NCBI GenBank assembly: GCA_023382455.1
Contig: JAHDVX010000005.1
Location: 133,861-197,860 of the forward strand
Source of the DNA: Flavobacteriales bacterium
GTDB lineage: Bacteria > Bacteroidota > Bacteroidia > Flavobacteriales_F > PHOS-HE28
Direction: 5' to 3'
DNA: 64,000 bases
The translations under genes were made by a program, and so were the position numbers. How positions within the stretch are numbered: the first letter of the stretch is position 1; each line of letters opens with the position of its first letter. Below, one piece after another: positions 8,231 through 19,137 of the stretch. A model generated the notes under the pieces. The model saw only the letters and a program-made list of their open reading frames with translations, was not told the DNA's origin and did no database searches.

Positions 8231-10390
8231 ATGAAAAGCCTCCTGCTTCATCCCCTTGTGCTGGCCTCAACATTCCTGATCCCGGCCATGACCATCGCCC
8301 AAGTGGACCGCACCAAAGCCCCCGCACCCGGCCCCGCCCCTGAAGTCCATCTCGGCGGGCACAAGAGCTTCACGCTGGACAACGGCATGCGCGTGATCAT
8401 CGTGGAGAACCATAAGATCCCCATCGTCAGCGCCCAGCTCCGCTTCGATTTCCCGCCGGTGCTGCAAGGCGACAAGGCCGGCTACCTGGAGCTGGTGGGC
8501 GAGCTGCTCACCAGCGGCACTGCCCGCCACACCAAGGCCGAGCTCGATGAGCTGGTGGACAGCCTCGGTGCCCGCCTCAGCGGATCGAGCGACGGGCTCT
8601 ATGCCTCCAGCCTGAAGAAGAATTTCCCCGCGCTGATGGACCTGGTCTACGAAGTGGCCACCGCCGCCAACTTCCCGGCCGATGAGTTCGAGAAGGCCCG
8701 AACCCGCCTGCTTTCCCAAGTGCAGGCCCGCACCGACGACCCCGACCAGATCGCCGATGTGGTGGGCCATTCCCTGACCTACGGCAAGGACCATCCCTAC
8801 GGCGAAGTGAGCACCGAGGCCAGCTTGGGCAAGGCATCCCGCGATGCCGTGTACCAGTACTACCGCTACTTCTTCCAGCCCAAGCAAGGCTACCTGGTGC
8901 TGGTGGGCGACATCACCGCGCAGGAAGGCGAGGCCATGGCCCGCAAGTACTTCGGCCTGTGGAAGGGCGCGGATGTGGCCGTGACCAAGGATGCCGAGGG
9001 GCATGACGTGGTGAAGGACCTCGGACCGGTGATCACCGGCGGGAAGCAGCCCAAACTGCCCGGCAAGACCCGGGTGGCCTTCGTGGACCGCCCCGGCAGC
9101 GCCCAGAGTGTGATCAAGGTGGTGTTCCCCGTGCAGTTGAAGCCCAATGATCCCATGGCCCTGCAGGCCCAGGTGCTCAACACCATCCTGGGCGGAGGCG
9201 TGTTCAACGCCCGCCTGATGCAGAACCTCCGCGAGGACAAAGGCTACACCTACGGCGCCTATTCCAGCCTGGACGCCGACCGCTGGTGCGGCGCCTTCAG
9301 CGCGGGCTGCAGCGTGCGCAACGAAGTGACCGACAGCGCCGTGGCCGAGGTCTTGGGCGAGATCCGGCGCATCCGTACCGCGCCGGTGACCGCCGATGAG
9401 CTGGCCCTGGCCAAGAACTACATGGCCGGCAGTTTCGCCCGCGGCCTGGAGGATCCCCGAACCGTGGCCCGCTTCGCGCTGAACACCTACCTGAACGACC
9501 TGCCCGAGGACCACTACGCCAGCTACCTCAAGCGCTTGGATGCCGTCACCGCGGAACAGGTGCAGCAGGCCGCCGTGCGTTTCCTCCACCCCGACAGCTG
9601 CACGGTGCTGGTGGTGGGCGACAAGCAGTCCGTGGCCAAAGGGCTGGAGCGCATCAGCCCCACCGGGCGCCTGCAGGACTACGATGCCAACGGCGATAAC
9701 GTGCGCCCAGACCCCTCCGAGGGCGCAACGCCGGCCCCTGCGGGCATGACCGCCCAGGACGTGCTCGATGCCTACATCAAGGCCATCGGTGGCAAGCAGG
9801 CCGTGGGGAAGGTGCGCGACCTGCGCATCGACTACACCACCAGCATCCAAGGCATGGACGCCGCGCTGACCGAGTACCACAAGGAGCCCAACAAGTACGC
9901 CATGGAGATGAAGGCAGGCAGCATGCTGCTGCAACGCATCGCCTATGACGGCGGCGACAAGGCGACAATGAAGAGCATGATGGGGGAGAAGGACCTGGTG
10001 GATGCCGACCTGGACGAGGTGCTCCAAAGCGCCTACACCTTCCCGGAGCTGCACTATGCCGACCTGCAGTACGCGGCCACGCTCATCGGCGTGGTGGACC
10101 TCAACGGAGCCAAGGCCTACCGCGTGAACGTGAAGACCCTGCCCGGCGGGCAGTTCGATGAGTACTACGACGTGAAGACCGGCCTGAAGCTGCGCCGCAA
10201 GGAGAACAAGACGCAGGAAGGCGGCGGGTTCCTCCAGGTGGTGACGGACTTCAGCGACTACCAACCCGAGGGCGGTGTGCTCTTCCCGCGCCAGGTGAAG
10301 CAAGGCGGCGGCCCCATGGCCATGACCTTGAAAGCCGTGGCCGTCGCGGTGAACAAGGGCATCGATGGGGCCGTCTTCAGCGTGGAATAG
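8231..10390 (+). CDS. M16 family partner subunit (no HxxEH) with a C-terminal extension
   Basis: LDNG, ILGGG..RL..NLRE.KGYTYG; extra ~230-aa C-terminal domain (YIKAIGG...). Confidence 0.85.
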   Translation: MKSLLLHPLVLASTFLIPAMTIAQVDRTKAPAPGPAPEVHLGGHKSFTLDNGMRVIIVENHKIPIVSAQLRFDFPPVLQGDKAGYLELVGELLTSGTARHTKAELDELVDSLGARLSGSSDGLYASSLKKNFPALMDLVYEVATAANFPADEFEKARTRLLSQVQARTDDPDQIADVVGHSLTYGKDHPYGEVSTEASLGKASRDAVYQYYRYFFQPKQGYLVLVGDITAQEGEAMARKYFGLWKGADVAVTKDAEGHDVVKDLGPVITGGKQPKLPGKTRVAFVDRPGSAQSVIKVVFPVQLKPNDPMALQAQVLNTILGGGVFNARLMQNLREDKGYTYGAYSSLDADRWCGAFSAGCSVRNEVTDSAVAEVLGEIRRIRTAPVTADELALAKNYMAGSFARGLEDPRTVARFALNTYLNDLPEDHYASYLKRLDAVTAEQVQQAAVRFLHPDSCTVLVVGDKQSVAKGLERISPTGRLQDYDANGDNVRPDPSEGATPAPAGMTAQDVLDAYIKAIGGKQAVGKVRDLRIDYTTSIQGMDAALTEYHKEPNKYAMEMKAGSMLLQRIAYDGGDKATMKSMMGEKDLVDADLDEVLQSAYTFPELHYADLQYAATLIGVVDLNGAKAYRVNVKTLPGGQFDEYYDVKTGLKLRRKENKTQEGGGFLQVVTDFSDYQPEGGVLFPRQVKQGGGPMAMTLKAVAVAVNKGIDGAVFSVE

Positions 10391-10403
10391 GCTCCGCCGG
10401 GCC

Positions 10404-12329
10404 TTGCCGTACCGGGACGGGGCCATCCCCGCAGGCAACCCGTGGCACACGTTGGGGCTGCTGGTCCGCCGGCTCGGCCTGGTCGTCCTGCTGTTGGGCC
10501 TGTTGCGGCTGGTCTTCTGGTTCCTCTACCGGACCTCCTTCGGCAACGTACCCCCGGGCCAGGTGCCGCAGGTGCTGTTGCAAGGCCTGCGCTTCGATGT
10601 GGCCACGGTGGTGATCTGGAACGCGCCGCTGATCCTGCTGTTCCTGTTGCCAGTTCGCTGGCGTGATTCGCGCGCGGGCAGGCGCGTCTTCCGCACGGGC
10701 TTCATGCTGATCAACGGCTTGTTGCTGGCCGTCTGCTGCATCGACCTCATCTACTTCGGCTTCAACCACAAGCGCGTGGGCCGCGACCTGCTGGGCCAAC
10801 TCGGTGCCGGAACCCGCAACCTGCCGTCCTTCCTGGCGGACCACGGCTGGGTGGCGGCCGTGTTCATCCTGCTCCTGGTGGTGCTGTGGCGGGCCGCGCG
10901 AGGAACGCCCGGCCACCGCCCTGCGCCCCCGCGACCGTGGCTGGAGATCCCCGTGGCCTTGGGTGTGCTGGGCCTTTGCCTGTTGCTGGGGCGCGGCGGC
11001 TGGCAGTACCAAGGCATTTCACCGGCCCACGCCGCTGACCATGTGGATGTGGCCTTCGCTCCTTTGGTCACCAATTCGGCCTTCACCCTGGTCCACTCGC
11101 TGGGGCAACCCGTGGTGGAGCAGCGGCACTGGTTCAGCCAGGACGAGCTGGACCGCCGGATGCCCTTGCGCTACGCCATTCGCAGGGATCCCGGGGACCG
11201 CAAGGAGAACGTGGTGCTGATCATCGTGGAGAGCCTGGGCCAGGAGTACCTCGCCTCGCTCAGCGGGGCACCCGCCTACATGCCCTTCCTGGATTCGCTG
11301 GCCGGCCATTCCCTGGTGTTCGACAGGGCCTTTGCCAACGCCGAGCGCAGCAACAAGAGCTTCTGCGCCATCCTGGCCGGCATCCCCTCCTTCACCGATG
11401 AGGCCTTCATGAACACGCCCTACGCCGCCAACCGCCTGGACGGCCTGGGCACCCGCATGAAGCAGGCCGGGTATGCCACCTCCTTCTTCCATGGCGGCAT
11501 CAACGGCGAGTACAAGTTCGATTCATTCAGCAGGGCCGCGGGCTTCGATCGCTACTACGGCCGCGATGAATATCCAGACCCGGCCGGCTATGACGGGCAT
11601 TGGGGCATCTACGACGAGGAGTTCCTCCAGTTCTTCGCCGACCGCCTGGACCGGGAGCAGGTGCCCTTCTGCTCCGCGGTCTTCACGCTTTCCTCGCACC
11701 ATCCCTTCCTGGTGCCCGACAAGTGGAAAGGCCGATTCCCCAAGGGAACGCAGGAAATCCACGAATCGCTCGGCTATGCGGACATGGCCCTGCGCCGGTT
11801 CTTCGGGCGGGCCGCGCGAAGCCCTTGGTACCGGAACACGCTTTTTGTCATTACCGGCGACCACACCTTCCTGTACAATGCCCATCCGGCGTGGTACATG
11901 AATGCCGCCGGCCGATTTGCCGTGCCCATCCTGTTCTTCCGGCCGGACGGCAGCCTCAACGGGCGCGACCATGCCGTGGCCCAGCACCTGGACATCCTGC
12001 CGTCCATCCTGGACATCACCGGGTTCCAGGGCGAGGTGAACACCTTCGGCCGCAGCCTGTTCAAGCGCGACCGCGAACCGTACGCCGTGCAGTACCTGAA
12101 CGGACAGTACCAATGGATCTCCGCCGACCGCCTGTTGTTCTTCGATGGTGAGCGCGCCACCGGCCTGTATGCCTACCGCACGGACACCTTGTTCCACCAG
12201 GACCTGACAGCGGCGGAGCCCGACACCGTGACGCGCCTGCGGGAACGCCTCGAGGCCGTGATCCAGCGCCACGCCTGGGCACTGGACCGCAATGCTCTGC
12301 TGCCGCCAGCCCCGGACGGTCAGCCCTGA
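10404..12329 (+). CDS. LTA synthase family / sulfatase-like membrane protein
   Basis: N-terminal TM helices with GLRFD, NVVLIIVES, TLSSHHP, Y.D.AL, TGDH. Start is uncertain (10365 or 10404). Confidence 0.85.
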   Translation: MPYRDGAIPAGNPWHTLGLLVRRLGLVVLLLGLLRLVFWFLYRTSFGNVPPGQVPQVLLQGLRFDVATVVIWNAPLILLFLLPVRWRDSRAGRRVFRTGFMLINGLLLAVCCIDLIYFGFNHKRVGRDLLGQLGAGTRNLPSFLADHGWVAAVFILLLVVLWRAARGTPGHRPAPPRPWLEIPVALGVLGLCLLLGRGGWQYQGISPAHAADHVDVAFAPLVTNSAFTLVHSLGQPVVEQRHWFSQDELDRRMPLRYAIRRDPGDRKENVVLIIVESLGQEYLASLSGAPAYMPFLDSLAGHSLVFDRAFANAERSNKSFCAILAGIPSFTDEAFMNTPYAANRLDGLGTRMKQAGYATSFFHGGINGEYKFDSFSRAAGFDRYYGRDEYPDPAGYDGHWGIYDEEFLQFFADRLDREQVPFCSAVFTLSSHHPFLVPDKWKGRFPKGTQEIHESLGYADMALRRFFGRAARSPWYRNTLFVITGDHTFLYNAHPAWYMNAAGRFAVPILFFRPDGSLNGRDHAVAQHLDILPSILDITGFQGEVNTFGRSLFKRDREPYAVQYLNGQYQWISADRLLFFDGERATGLYAYRTDTLFHQDLTAAEPDTVTRLRERLEAVIQRHAWALDRNALLPPAPDGQP

Positions 12330-12955
12330 AGCAGGACCTCCCTGGCGCGTGGCCCGTGGTTCATCACCAGGTCCAGGATGCTGAGGTGCGGCCGGAAACC
12401 GTGGCGATCGCCGAACACCTGCGCATACGGCCCCACCGCGGGCACCCCGGCCGGCAACGGCCGCTTGGGGTGCAGGGTGTGGCGCAGGTTCCACAGCTTC
12501 CGCTCCTCCACGGCAACCGGCTCCACATACGTTTCCTCCACCACCAGCTCCGGCTTCAGCCCCAGCCATCCCAAGGCCATGCGCAGGGTGGCCAGGTCCA
12601 GGTCGGCCAGCCGCTCATGCCGGTGCCGCAGCAGCTTCCCCAGGTCGTCGATGTAATGGATGAACCACGGCGTTTGCCCGTACGCGCTGCGGATGGCGTG
12701 CAGGTGCCGCGCATGCCACGGCTCGGCATAGGAAAGCCCCACCGTGCGCATCGGCATGCGCTCCCCGCTTCGGCGCGTGATGTGCACGTCCAGCGCCTGC
12801 GGCCCGTTGGCCCCCAGGATGACCGTGCGCGTGCGGTGGCTCTGGCGTTCGTAATGCTCACCGATGTCCACCACGGCCCGCCCGCTGCGCGCAATCAGGG
12901 CGTAGTGCTCAACCGTCCCGAAGTAAAAGGCGGAGAACAACGGCGTGGCGACCAT
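12320..12955 (-). CDS. WbqC family protein
   Basis: EHY.RQS.R.R..I, H...IRSAYG.TP.F, Y.QVF and F.P.LSILDL..N.GP. Confidence 0.85.
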   Translation of the reverse strand: MVATPLFSAFYFGTVEHYALIARSGRAVVDIGEHYERQSHRTRTVILGANGPQALDVHITRRSGERMPMRTVGLSYAEPWHARHLHAIRSAYGQTPWFIHYIDDLGKLLRHRHERLADLDLATLRMALGWLGLKPELVVEETYVEPVAVEERKLWNLRHTLHPKRPLPAGVPAVGPYAQVFGDRHGFRPHLSILDLVMNHGPRAREVLLQG

Positions 12956-13062
12956 GGCGCGCAAAGATCGCCGCACGGCACTTGCTTTGCATGTGCAGAA
13001 GGCACCTTCCCGCGAAACACACGCACGAAGTGCCAACCGGCGATCAGCAACCAGAATACCCC

Positions 13063-13737
13063 ATGAAACCCCTCTTCCCGATCCTCTCCACCGCACTCCT
13101 CCTGGCATCCTGCACCGGCACCGCCGACCAAGTCCAGGAGACCGAGGCAGCGAAGGACAGCACCGCGACGCCAACGGCCACGGCCTGGGTGGGCAGCTAT
13201 GCCGATACGCTTCCCTGCGCCGACTGCCCGGGCATCTTCACACGCCTGGAATTGCGCCCGGACAGCACCTACATCCGGCGCGACCTCTACCTGGAGCGCG
13301 ACAGCATCCCCTTCGGGGAGATCGGCCGCTGGTCCGTGCAAGGGGATGTGCTGACCTTGGCCACCGGTGATGTGCCCGACCGCTGGCGCATGGGGGCCAA
13401 CGGCCTGGAGATGTTGGACCAGGAGGGGAAGGCGGTTGAAAGCCCCTTGAACTACACCCTGCGCCGGGTAGCGGGCGTGGCCCCGTCCAGCATGCGCCTG
13501 TCCGGGGGCTATGTGTACTACGCGGATGCGCACAGCTTCACCCCGGACGGCAGCAACCAGGCCATTCCGGTGGCCGCGGACAGCATCTCCATGGAATTGG
13601 GGAAGCTGTACACCCAAAAGGTGCAATCACCTCCTGCGCCGATGCCGGTGCGCATTGTTGCCCACCTGCAGGAAGGGCCCGCCATGGAAGGCAACGGCAC
13701 CGAGGAATACCTCTACGTGGAACGCGCGGAGCAGTAG
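13063..13737 (+). CDS. NlpE-like copper-resistance lipoprotein
   Basis: Lipobox LASC, Y..TLPCADCPGI motif, C-terminal Y.YYADA..F. Confidence 0.85.
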   Translation: MKPLFPILSTALLLASCTGTADQVQETEAAKDSTATPTATAWVGSYADTLPCADCPGIFTRLELRPDSTYIRRDLYLERDSIPFGEIGRWSVQGDVLTLATGDVPDRWRMGANGLEMLDQEGKAVESPLNYTLRRVAGVAPSSMRLSGGYVYYADAHSFTPDGSNQAIPVAADSISMELGKLYTQKVQSPPAPMPVRIVAHLQEGPAMEGNGTEEYLYVERAEQ

Positions 13738-13744
13738 GTGCCGG

Positions 13745-13906
13745 TCAGTTTGCACAGGCGCGCACGGCCATGACCACCAAGCAGGCCAGGAACAGCAGGA
13801 TGCTGATCCGGTTGATGCCGTGCATGAACCGCAGGTTGATGTTGCGGTCTCCCTTGCCGAACAGCGTGACCGGATTGAGGTAGTGAAGAAGGCGCTTGAG
13901 GAACAT
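13745..13906 (-). CDS. 53-aa membrane protein (DUF6728-like); absent from the ORF track
   Basis: Manual translation gives MFLKRLLHYLNPVTLFGKGDRNINLRFMHGINRISILLFLACLVVMAVRACAN. It fills the gap between nlpE and uvrB. Confidence 0.7.
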   Translation of the reverse strand: MFLKRLLHYLNPVTLFGKGDRNINLRFMHGINRISILLFLACLVVMAVRACAN

Positions 13907-13984
13907 GGGGTGGGCAGCTTCGCCCGCACGGTGAAAGTACTGCCATTCGCTCCCTGGGGCCTGAAGCTAACTTTACGCCCCTCC

Positions 13985-16030
13985 ATGCCCTTTACGCTTT
14001 CCTCGGAATTCCAGCCCACCGGCGACCAGCCGGAGGCCATCCGCCAATTGGTGGAGGGCGTGAATGAAGGCGTGAAGTACCAGACCCTGCTGGGCGTCAC
14101 CGGCTCGGGCAAGACCTTCACCGTGGCCAACCTGATCGCCCAGCTGGACCGGCCCACGCTGGTGCTGAGCCACAACAAGACCCTCGCCGCACAGCTCTAC
14201 GGTGAGTTCAAGCATTTCTTCCCCAAGGACCGGGTGGAATACTTCGTGAGCTACTACGACTACTACCAGCCCGAGGCCTACCTGCCGGTGACGAACACCT
14301 ACATCGAGAAGGACCTCTCGATCAACAGCGAGATCGAAAAACTGCGCCTGAGCACCACCAGCGCGCTGCTGAGCGGGCGGCGCAACGTGATCGTGGTGGC
14401 CAGCGTGAGCTGCATCTACGGCATCGGCAACCCGGCGGAGTTCCACAAGAGCGTGGTACACGTGCATCGCGGGCAGAAGGTCTCGCGCAACGCGCTGCTG
14501 CACCAGTTCGTCTCGGCGTTGTACAGCCGCAGCGACATCGAGCCGGGGCGCGGCAACTTCCGCGTGCGCGGCGATGTGGTGGAGGTGTACCTGGCCTACG
14601 CCGACGAGGGCATCCGCATCCACTTTTGGGGCGACGAGATCGAGAAGATCGAACGCTTCGACCCGACGAACGGCAAGACCCTGGAGGCCGTGGACGAAAC
14701 GCCGATCTACCCGGCGAACATCTTCGTCACCAGCAAGGACACGCTCAACGGCGCCATCCACGCCATCCAGGACGACATGGTGAAGCAGACCGGATTCTTC
14801 CAGGAGATCGGCAAGCACCTGGAGGCCAAACGGCTGGAGGAGCGCGTGAATTACGACCTGGAGATGATGCGCGAGCTGGGCTATTGCAGCGGCATCGAGA
14901 ACTACAGCCGCTACTTCGACCGCCGCCAGCCCGGCCAACGGCCCTTCTGCCTGCTGGACTATTTCCCGGAGGACTTCCTCACCGTCATCGACGAGAGCCA
15001 CGTGACCATCGGGCAGATCGGGGCCATGTACGGCGGCGACCGCAGCCGCAAGAAAAACCTGGTGGAGTACGGCTTCCGCCTGCCCAGCGCCATGGACAAC
15101 CGGCCGCTGACCTTCGAGGAGTTCGAGGGCATGCTCGGGCAGGTGGTCTTCGTCAGCGCCACCCCGGCGGACTTTGAGCTGGAGCGCAGCGAGGGCGTGG
15201 TGGTGGAGCAGGTGGTGCGGCCCACCGGCCTGCTGGACCCGCCCATCGAGGTGCGCCCCAGCAAGGACCAGATCGACGACCTGCTGTACGAGATCCGCAA
15301 GCGCAGCGAAAAGGAGGAGCGCGTGCTGGTGACCACCCTCACCAAGCGCATGGCCGAGGAACTGACGGAATTCCTGGGGAAGAACGGCGTGAAGTGCAAG
15401 TACATCCACAGCGACGTGGAGACCCTGGAGCGCATCGAGATCCTGCGCCAGTTGCGGCTGGGCCTTTTCGACGTGCTGGTGGGCGTGAACCTGCTGCGCG
15501 AGGGCCTGGACCTGCCGGAGGTCTCGCTGGTGGCCGTGCTGGATGCCGACAAGGAAGGCTTTCTGCGCAGCAACCGCTCGCTTACCCAGACGGCGGGCCG
15601 CGCCGCGCGCAACATCAACGGCCTGGTGATCTTCTACGCCGACACCATCACGGACAGCATGCGCCGCACCATGGAGGAGACCGACCGGCGCCGCGCCAAG
15701 CAGATGGCCTACAACGCGGAGCACGGCATCACGCCCACGCAGATCAAGCGCGACAGGGCCTCGGTGATGCAGCAGACCGCCGTGGTGGATCAGGTGGACC
15801 ACCCGGGCGGAAGGGCCTACGTGGAGCCCGAGGAGAGCAGCCTGGCCGCCGACCCCGTGGTGCAATACATGCCCGTGGAGCAGTTGGAGAAGAACGCCAG
15901 CTTGCTGGAAGCGCAGATGAAGAAGGCCGCCAAGGAGCTGGACTTCATCGCCGCCGCACAGCTGCGCGATGAGCTCTTCGCCATGCGGAAGCTGATCGAC
16001 GAGCGGACCAAGGCCACGGCCAAACCCTAG
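13985..16030 (+). CDS. uvrB: Excinuclease ABC subunit B
   Basis: [35 protein letters not shown] and C-terminal UVR domain. Confidence 0.97.
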   Translation: MPFTLSSEFQPTGDQPEAIRQLVEGVNEGVKYQTLLGVTGSGKTFTVANLIAQLDRPTLVLSHNKTLAAQLYGEFKHFFPKDRVEYFVSYYDYYQPEAYLPVTNTYIEKDLSINSEIEKLRLSTTSALLSGRRNVIVVASVSCIYGIGNPAEFHKSVVHVHRGQKVSRNALLHQFVSALYSRSDIEPGRGNFRVRGDVVEVYLAYADEGIRIHFWGDEIEKIERFDPTNGKTLEAVDETPIYPANIFVTSKDTLNGAIHAIQDDMVKQTGFFQEIGKHLEAKRLEERVNYDLEMMRELGYCSGIENYSRYFDRRQPGQRPFCLLDYFPEDFLTVIDESHVTIGQIGAMYGGDRSRKKNLVEYGFRLPSAMDNRPLTFEEFEGMLGQVVFVSATPADFELERSEGVVVEQVVRPTGLLDPPIEVRPSKDQIDDLLYEIRKRSEKEERVLVTTLTKRMAEELTEFLGKNGVKCKYIHSDVETLERIEILRQLRLGLFDVLVGVNLLREGLDLPEVSLVAVLDADKEGFLRSNRSLTQTAGRAARNINGLVIFYADTITDSMRRTMEETDRRRAKQMAYNAEHGITPTQIKRDRASVMQQTAVVDQVDHPGGRAYVEPEESSLAADPVVQYMPVEQLEKNASLLEAQMKKAAKELDFIAAAQLRDELFAMRKLIDERTKATAKP

Positions 16031-16124
16031 GTGGCGGCCCGGCACACGCGGGGACAACCTACTTTCGCTGCAACCAATCGCCCCGGTTGCGCGTCACCCC
16101 TGCGCGACAAGATCCAAGCCCCCG

Positions 16125-18350
16125 ATGAACCAGATCATTACGCTGCTCGCCCTCGCCGCCGCCTTGGCTCCCTCCCAACTTTCAGCCCAATTGTCATTCG
16201 GCGGCCACCCCTACGGCGACAAGGCCGAGAAGCGCGGCATGCCCGTGGCCGTGGCGGTCCATTTACCCGCAGTGGACGTGGCCGCGCTGCTGGACGAGGA
16301 TGCCGCACGCGCCGCCCAGGGGATCAAGGGGCCGTTCCGCTTCGGTTTCGAGCACCACACCGACTTCACCTTGCAGAACAGTGGTTCCTGGTTCACCATG
16401 CCCAACGGCGACCGCGTGTGGCGGCTGATGTTGCACTGCCCGGAGGCGCTGGCGATCAACCTCCAGTTCAGCGAGTACGTGATCCCCGAGGGCGCACGCC
16501 TGTTCCTCTACAACGAGGCGGGCACAGTACGCGGCGCCTTCACCGCGCAAAGCAACCCGGGGCACACGGCCTTCGGCACGGCACCGCTGGAAGGTGACCG
16601 CATCACGGTGGAATACATCGAGCCGCCGGCGCGGGCCGGGCAGGGGAGGCTGACCATCAGCACCGTGGTGCACGGCTACCGCCTGCTGGGCAAGGGCAGC
16701 GACCGCGGCTTCGGCGACAGCGGCCCCTGCAACGTGAACACCATCTGCCCCGAGGGCGACCAGTGGCGGCCGGAGATCCGCTCGGTGGCCCACCTCGTCC
16801 TGGGCGGGGGCGTGTGCACCGGCACGCTGCTGAACAACTGTGCCAACGACAGCACGCCGTACTTCCTCACTGCCAACCACTGCACCGAGGGCAACAACTC
16901 CAATGCCTCCTGGGTCTTCATCTTCAACTGGGAGAGCCCCACCTGCGACCCCACGGAGAATGCACCGATGGACCATAGCATCACCGGTTGCGACAAGCTG
17001 CTGGAGAACCCGCCCACCGATGCCTCCTTCCTGCTCCTGAGCAGCACCCCGCCGCCCGACTTCCAACCCTACTTCGCGGGCTGGGACATCACCGGCACAG
17101 CCCCCGACTCCGTGGTCGGCATCCACCATCCCCGCGGCGACATCAAGAAGATCACCAGCTCCCACGGCCCCATCATCGAAGGGCAGATGAGCGGCGCGGA
17201 TTGCTGGCAGGTGACCGAATGGCATTCCGGCACCACCGAGCCCGGCAGCTCCGGCAGCGGCCTCTGGAACCAGGACCACCGCCTCATCGGGCAGCTCTTC
17301 GGCGGCCAGGCTTCCTGCGGCAACAACGTCAACGATTTCTACGGACGTTTCAACCTGACCTACCCGCTGCTGGAGGAATGGCTGGGTGCCTGCGGCGATA
17401 CGCTGGACGGCTTTGAGCCCGGTGTCGTCATCCCCGGCACCCTGGACGGCGCCGTCACCAGCATTGCCCAAGTGCCCAACGTGGTGTGCAACAGCGACAG
17501 CATCACCCCGGTGATCACGCTGAAGAACAACGGCGAAGAGGCCATCCAGTTCGCCAACATCAACTACGCGGTGGACGGCGCGCCGCTGGGCTCGATGCCT
17601 TGGTACGGCTCCATCCAACCGCTGCAGACGGTGAACGTGACCCTGCCCACCCTGCACCTGCCCAGCGGTGTGCATTGGCTGCATGTCTCGGTGAGCGACC
17701 CCAACCTCGCCGGGGATGCGAACCCGCTGAACGATACGGACAGCCTGCAGTTCATGATCAGCAGCCCGGGCCTCACCGCCGTGGTGCAGTTCGACCTGGA
17801 CCGCTTCGGCACCGAGACCACGTGGCGCATCGAGACCCCGGAGGGCTTCGCCGTGGCCACCGGCGGCCCGTACCTGAACAGCCCGAACGGATACGCCGTG
17901 ACCGAGGAGGTGTGCCTGGCGCATGATTGCTACCTGCTCACCGTGCAGGACGCCGTGGGCGACGGCATCTGCTGCAATTACGGCGAAGGGGATTTCCGCG
18001 TGGTCGACATCCTGGGGGATACGCTGCTGAACGGCTACGGCGATTTCGGCGCGAGCTACAGCGGCGAGTTCTGCATGAACTGGACCGGCGTACCGGAGGC
18101 GGCGGCCACGGCCTTGCAGGTGGCGCCCAATCCCAGCGATGGCCGCTTCACGCTCTACCTGCCGGGCCCGGCGGGCCGCACCGACCTGCGCGTGCAGGAT
18201 GCCTTGGGCCGCCTGGTTTGGACCGGCCGGACCATACCCGGCGCGGACCGCATGCTGATCGACCTCGGGCACCTGGCCAATGGCACTTACCTGCTAGTGG
18301 CGGAAGGGAAGGAGGCCCGCGCCGTGCAGCGCCTGGTGGTGAGGCACTGA
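16125..18350 (+). CDS. Secreted lysyl-endopeptidase-like S1 serine protease with T9SS C-terminal domain
   Basis: Signal peptide, CTGTL, LTANHC, HHP.GD.KK, GSSGS; CTD APNPS...GTYL...QRLVV. Confidence 0.9.
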   Translation: MNQIITLLALAAALAPSQLSAQLSFGGHPYGDKAEKRGMPVAVAVHLPAVDVAALLDEDAARAAQGIKGPFRFGFEHHTDFTLQNSGSWFTMPNGDRVWRLMLHCPEALAINLQFSEYVIPEGARLFLYNEAGTVRGAFTAQSNPGHTAFGTAPLEGDRITVEYIEPPARAGQGRLTISTVVHGYRLLGKGSDRGFGDSGPCNVNTICPEGDQWRPEIRSVAHLVLGGGVCTGTLLNNCANDSTPYFLTANHCTEGNNSNASWVFIFNWESPTCDPTENAPMDHSITGCDKLLENPPTDASFLLLSSTPPPDFQPYFAGWDITGTAPDSVVGIHHPRGDIKKITSSHGPIIEGQMSGADCWQVTEWHSGTTEPGSSGSGLWNQDHRLIGQLFGGQASCGNNVNDFYGRFNLTYPLLEEWLGACGDTLDGFEPGVVIPGTLDGAVTSIAQVPNVVCNSDSITPVITLKNNGEEAIQFANINYAVDGAPLGSMPWYGSIQPLQTVNVTLPTLHLPSGVHWLHVSVSDPNLAGDANPLNDTDSLQFMISSPGLTAVVQFDLDRFGTETTWRIETPEGFAVATGGPYLNSPNGYAVTEEVCLAHDCYLLTVQDAVGDGICCNYGEGDFRVVDILGDTLLNGYGDFGASYSGEFCMNWTGVPEAAATALQVAPNPSDGRFTLYLPGPAGRTDLRVQDALGRLVWTGRTIPGADRMLIDLGHLANGTYLLVAEGKEARAVQRLVVRH

Positions 18351-18468
18351 GGGCATTGGTGATCGGTGGTAGGACGCAGGCCGTAGGGATGCTCTCAGCC
18401 TGCGGATGGAGGCTTGTGCCTCGCAGCCAAACGCTCAACGCCGCCTTCTGCGACGCCCCTTGCAGCAA

Positions 18469-19131
18469 TCAGTACCGGAACCGGTAGTAGACCAGCTTCA
18501 CGTACTCGTTGTTCAGCATGATCAGGCCTTCCTCGGAGCGCCACCAGTGTGCCTCATCGAAGGTGGAGGAGGGTGCCCCATGCAGCAGCACGGTGATGCC
18601 GGCCTTGCGGAACGGCTCGCGGAAGACCCTGCCGATCCGCCGCAGGTGGAAGCAGCTGGAGATGACCATCACGCTGTCGATGCCTTCGGCCCGGGCATGG
18701 GCCAGCAGCGCCTCGAATTCCTCGTAGGTGCTGGTGCCGGCGTTCAGCACCGTGGTCAGCTCCCGTGGAAGGCCGGCCTCCACCGCGGCATTGCGCGTGC
18801 ATTCCGCCTCGGTGCTGTCAATGCCCAGGGCCTCCAACGCCGATGGCACGGGTGCCCCGGTGAAGACGAAGCGGTCACTCAGGCCTTGCCGGTGGACCCG
18901 GGCCGCCTCCAGGCCGCGGTCCTTCACGGAGCCGCCCAGCACGTACACGGCATCCACGTGGGCATCGGCATCCGCCGCGGACAGGTACCTGCCCAGACCG
19001 CGCATCACGGGTGTGCGCAGCAGCCATAGCGCGGAGGCGGCCAATGCCAGCCAAACGGTCCAGCGCAGCAGCCGTGACCGGGAACGTCTTGGCCTTACGG
19101 CCTCCCTGGTCGTGGGCTCGTCTTGCTGCAT
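18469..19131 (-). CDS. YdcF/DUF218 family protein
   Basis: TM anchor, VLGG, EA, STYEE, SS.FHLRR, EY.K. Confidence 0.85.
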   Translation of the reverse strand: MQQDEPTTREAVRPRRSRSRLLRWTVWLALAASALWLLRTPVMRGLGRYLSAADADAHVDAVYVLGGSVKDRGLEAARVHRQGLSDRFVFTGAPVPSALEALGIDSTEAECTRNAAVEAGLPRELTTVLNAGTSTYEEFEALLAHARAEGIDSVMVISSCFHLRRIGRVFREPFRKAGITVLLHGAPSSTFDEAHWWRSEEGLIMLNNEYVKLVYYRFRY

Positions 19132-19137
19132 GGCCGG

